A stretch of 53,607 bases of DNA. Origin: Lophium mytilinum (Eukaryota). The notes under the pieces were generated by a model. The model saw only the letters and a program-made list of their open reading frames with translations. It was not told the DNA's origin and made no database searches. Positions within the stretch are counted from its first letter, which is position 1; the number at the start of each line of letters is the position of its first letter. Shown in pieces: positions 49,801-53,607 of this stretch. Where the stretch lies: the NCBI GenBank assembly GCA_010093605.1, contig MU004190.1, positions 1,240,001 to 1,293,607 of the forward strand, read 5' to 3'. Both the position numbers and the translations under genes were made by a program.

Positions 49801-52800
49801 GTACTATATAGTAGAGAAGGTAATAAATAACTCTAAAGGGGTATAGAAACTAGCTAAATAGGGCCGTATAGTTAGAAAGGAATTAAGGCCCCCTTCTTAA
49901 TTTCCCCCCCTTTTCTAGCTAGGTAACCCTACCCTGCATGCAGATAATAAGATAAAAGCATGTATACTTACTAAATAGTTCTTTCCACCACCGGTAGAAG
50001 CTAACCTATCTAACCTAGAAGGGTTCTAATACCTAGAACTATATACTACCTCTATAGAAGTTACTATAGAAGATATACTCTTAGTACTAATAGAAATTGC
50101 GCTAGATAAGGCCTCTAGAATTACAGGAATTATAAATAGATTCCTAAAGAAGTGCGAGATGCAACTAGTACTAGTGCTTGCCTGCTTCTTTATAAAGTGC
50201 CTATATAGAGAATACTATCTCTACCTATTTAAAGAATTAATTATAGTAGTTCTATATAAACCCTAGAAAGCGTTCTATATAATAGTAAAAGCCTATAGGC
50301 CTATTACGCTACTAGAAATAATAGGTAAGCTATTTAAACGCATTATAGCTAAGAGGCTCTCTAAGATAGTAGAGGAAAAGGGTATACTACTACCTAGCTA
50401 AATAGGGGCACGGCCGGAACGCTCTATATAGATAGTACTTAAACTTCTTATAGAATAAATCTATACTATATAGAAAGAAAACCTATAGCTTATAGTATTA
50501 CTTCTTAGCCTAGATATATTAGGAGCGTTTAATTAAGTCTTATATAAATAAATAATATATAACCTATAGGTCTAGAGTATACTAGAGTAGATAATAAGGT
50601 TTACTAGGTCCTTTCTATAAAACTGCATAACTAGGCTCTCTATAGAAAGCTATATAGTAGAACTAATTATAGTTACTATGGGCATTCTATAGGGCTTCTC
50701 CCTATTGCCTATTTTCTTTCTCTTCTTTACTAGTATACTACTACTAACTCTTTAGAATAGTAATATAACGGCCTACGGGTTTATAGATAATATAAACATT
50801 CTTATATATAGTAGAACTATAGAGGCGAACTATAGGGCTATTAAGAGAGTCTATAATAGATGCATAGAATAGATAAGAAAGCACAGCGTAGTATTTACAC
50901 TAGATAAATATTACCTAATACACTTTATAAGAGCCTGTAAAGAAGTTAACCTAAGAGCTATAGTTAATATATAAGGCTTTATAGAGGGCCCTATAATAGA
51001 TTTAAGAGTACTAGGGGTGTAGGTAGACTTAAAGCTTAAATAGGGCCTGCATATTAGCATTATAAAGAATAAAGCTATAACCTAGATAGGGGCACTTATA
51101 TAGCTTATAGTATCTACCTAGGGCGCTAGCTTTAGAAAAGCACGCCTAATATACTTAGTAGTAGTCCGGCCTGCTATTATATATAGATGCACTACCTAGT
51201 ATACCGTACTAGGTATACTAGAGCAGCTTAGCAAGATAAAGATTAAGTAGCTTAAAATAACCTAAAACTAATGCCTCTAGAGGATTTTAGGGGCCTATAA
51301 GACTATAAGTACTATAGTACTAGAATATAAAATATTATACCTACTACTCTAGCTAAAACTAGAGGAATTTATAGTGGCTTATGTAGACTATACGCGTAAA
51401 GAGCTAGCACGCTAGTATATTAAAATAGTATGTAGTAATATATAATAGGAAATCTACACCCACTATAGGCTACTTATAAGGCTAAAGTATAGCTCTAGCC
51501 GCTGTAATATACTCCGTAACCTTATAGTAAAGGCTATAAGGTTATATACTAGGTATAAAGATAAATTAGATAAAGCCTATAAGCGCTTAAAGCAATTTAT
51601 AATTAAATGCGAATATAAAGAAAGGTAGGAGAAGGTATAGAAGTCCTTTTATAAAATAGAATAGCGCAGGCTACTAACGCCGGCCCTTAATACTAAATAG
51701 AGTAAATAATAGGAGACTATATATAAAGGGCTTATAAAGGTTAAAAGCACTATTCTTATAAACCTATAAATGGAGCATATAGGGCTTAATAGATACCTGC
51801 ACTATATATAGGTGCTAGGCTACCTAATACTAGCCTGCCCCTGCGGGCACGGCCTCTAATCGCCACGCTATATAGTAATAAACTGTAAGAGGCATATAGA
51901 GAGTAGAGGCAAACTATTTAAGAAAGTAAAGACTTAGATGTATAAGGAAATATATAAAAGTAAAAAGGAACCTAAGGTAGTAGCTAGGTAGTTTCTATAG
52001 AAAATAGACCTGCTACCCTACCTCTTAATAGCAAGAGAGATAGAAAGAAAGTAGATCTAGCCCTCCCACTTAATACTATAGCCCTACTATTACCTACAGC
52101 CTTACTATAACTAATAGCCTTACTATAACTAATAGTCTTACTATTACTAATAGCCTTACTATTACCTATAGCCTTGCTATTACCTATAGCCTTACTATTA
52201 CCTATAGCCTTACTATTACCTATAGCCTTACTATTACCTATAGCCTTACTATTACCTACAGCCTTACTATTACCTATAGCCTTACTATTACCTATAGCCT
52301 TACTATTACCCCCGACTATACTATAGCGGGCCTTAGCGCCCCCTCTTAACTAGTACTTAGTATAGATAGTTAGCTTTAGGTTTCTACTATATACTCTATA
52401 ATATATACTTTCTATATACTTTCTATTTCTTATAGCCCTCCTATTTCTAAACAGCCTACCTATTTTATAATAGTATATACACGCGGCTCCCTTTCTTCTA
52501 CTATTAGTTAGTTATATTATAAGGGCTTATACTTACTATAAGTAGCTATATACTTTCTAATTATAGACTATAAACTATATACTCTATACTTTTAGCCCTT
52601 CTATAGCTATTAGCTATGCTATAGAGGCTTATATATACTACTATAGCTATAAACTCTATATAGCTACTTACAGCTCTTCTACTCTTATAGCCTGCCTATA
52701 AACTATATACTTTCTATATACCTCTGCTATATACTACCTATATACTACGCAGCCTTTCTATCTTTAATAGCCTATACGGCTACTATTTATTTTACCTTAT

Positions 52801-53166
52801 TACCTTAGATAAAGGCCCCGCGAGCGCACTACTTATACGCGGGCCCTTACGCTAATTCTATACTAGCCTCGCATCCGGATTCCACTTAGCCCGAACCTAG
52901 GAGGACGATAATAAACCTTCCTGGATAGATATAGAAAGACGCATTTTAATAGCTTATTCTATAGTAGTTCTTATAGACCTACTACATATCCCCTATAGTA
53001 AAATATAAAGGAGAAAGGCGCCTAACGCTAGATATAATAGAGGACGAGGTTTTTACCTAAACGCTGCCCGGTAGTAAACAGTTTCCCCTTATAAATTAGC
53101 CTAGATAGAACAGCTATATAGACCCTAACGGGAGCTACACTAGTATAATAGAATTTAATAATAATA
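46857..53166 (+). mobile_element. Full-length Tad1-like LINE, copy 2 (RIP-inactivated)
   Basis: Collinear with copy 1 wherever compared, differing mostly by transitions. TSD ATATAGCTCTATT(T/C) at 46843-46856 and 53167-53180; (TAA)n tail. TGCCCCTGCGGG (CPCG) is intact at ~51836. Confidence 0.92.
52076..52309 (+). repeat. 18-bp minisatellite, 13 units, in LINE copy 2
   Basis: Units counted directly. Confidence 0.9.
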
Positions 53167-53607
53167 ATATAGCTCTATTCTATTTATTTTATACTCTATC
53201 TTATTATAGGGATTAGCTAGTAGGGGTAGACTTACTAGTAGTAATCTAGGCATTCTAAATAATATTCTATCTATTATTTAAATAATATAGAGCATGTAAG
53301 ACTAGATTATAGATCTAGTAGTTCTAGTATTAGTAAGTAGAACCTACTATAGCGTTTTAAGAAGCTTTTTATAGTATAGTATATATTTATTTAGGGCGCT
53401 AAGTATTTAGAATAACTTATAGTAGTATCTATATTTAGTAGAAGGTATATACTCTATTTCTAGTTAAATTTAGTTAGCCCTATATAGAAACTTATAGATT
53501 ATAAGTAATTATTATAGATTATATTAAATTATAGGCTAGTATATAGTATTTATTATTCTTTAATAGTATGCAACGCGTTCTAATAGGGGGCGGGCTATTT
53601 TATTAGC

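Larger units (their letters stand above)
27108..53607. repeat. AT-rich, RIP-mutated repeat block (isochore)
   Basis: Abrupt switch at ~27108 to TpA-saturated, CpA/TpG-depleted sequence. The ORF track lists no ORFs here. Confidence 0.95.

Noticed and set aside
52076..52309. Regular short repeats that could suggest a CRISPR array
   Set aside because: The units are contiguous with no unique spacers, lie inside a LINE, and the genome is eukaryotic.

Overview
This is genomic DNA from a filamentous ascomycete (spliceosomal introns with CTRAY branch sites; RIP-mutated repeats). Bases 1-27100 are a gene-rich, GC-balanced segment. In order it holds NOT4 (5' part), complex I 30-kDa subunit, a DUF1349 protein, a 2OG-Fe(II) oxygenase, a RIP-mutated Tc1-like DD34E transposon with a nested 1.6-kb miniature LTR element, a PTH11-like membrane protein, a HET-associated protein apparently lacking the HET domain, a GMPPA-like protein, a small RING-H2 protein and a GH15-CBM20 glucoamylase. 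Bases ~27108-53607 are a heavily RIP-mutated AT-rich block with an LTR relic, two full-length copies of one Tad1-like LINE (each with a 14-bp TSD) and two N gaps. The main discovery is at 19433-23313: a tandem array of eight highly diverged, co-oriented micro-genes (49-78 aa) that the ORF track mostly misses because of an intron. They share the pattern M-C-x6-[FYW]-x-C-G-[HC]-x7/8-C...C-x12-20-C-x2-C and have no signal peptide. Seven of the eight share a phase-1 intron, and a related non-coding motif follows most of them. All gene models and translations were read by hand, and no database searches were run.
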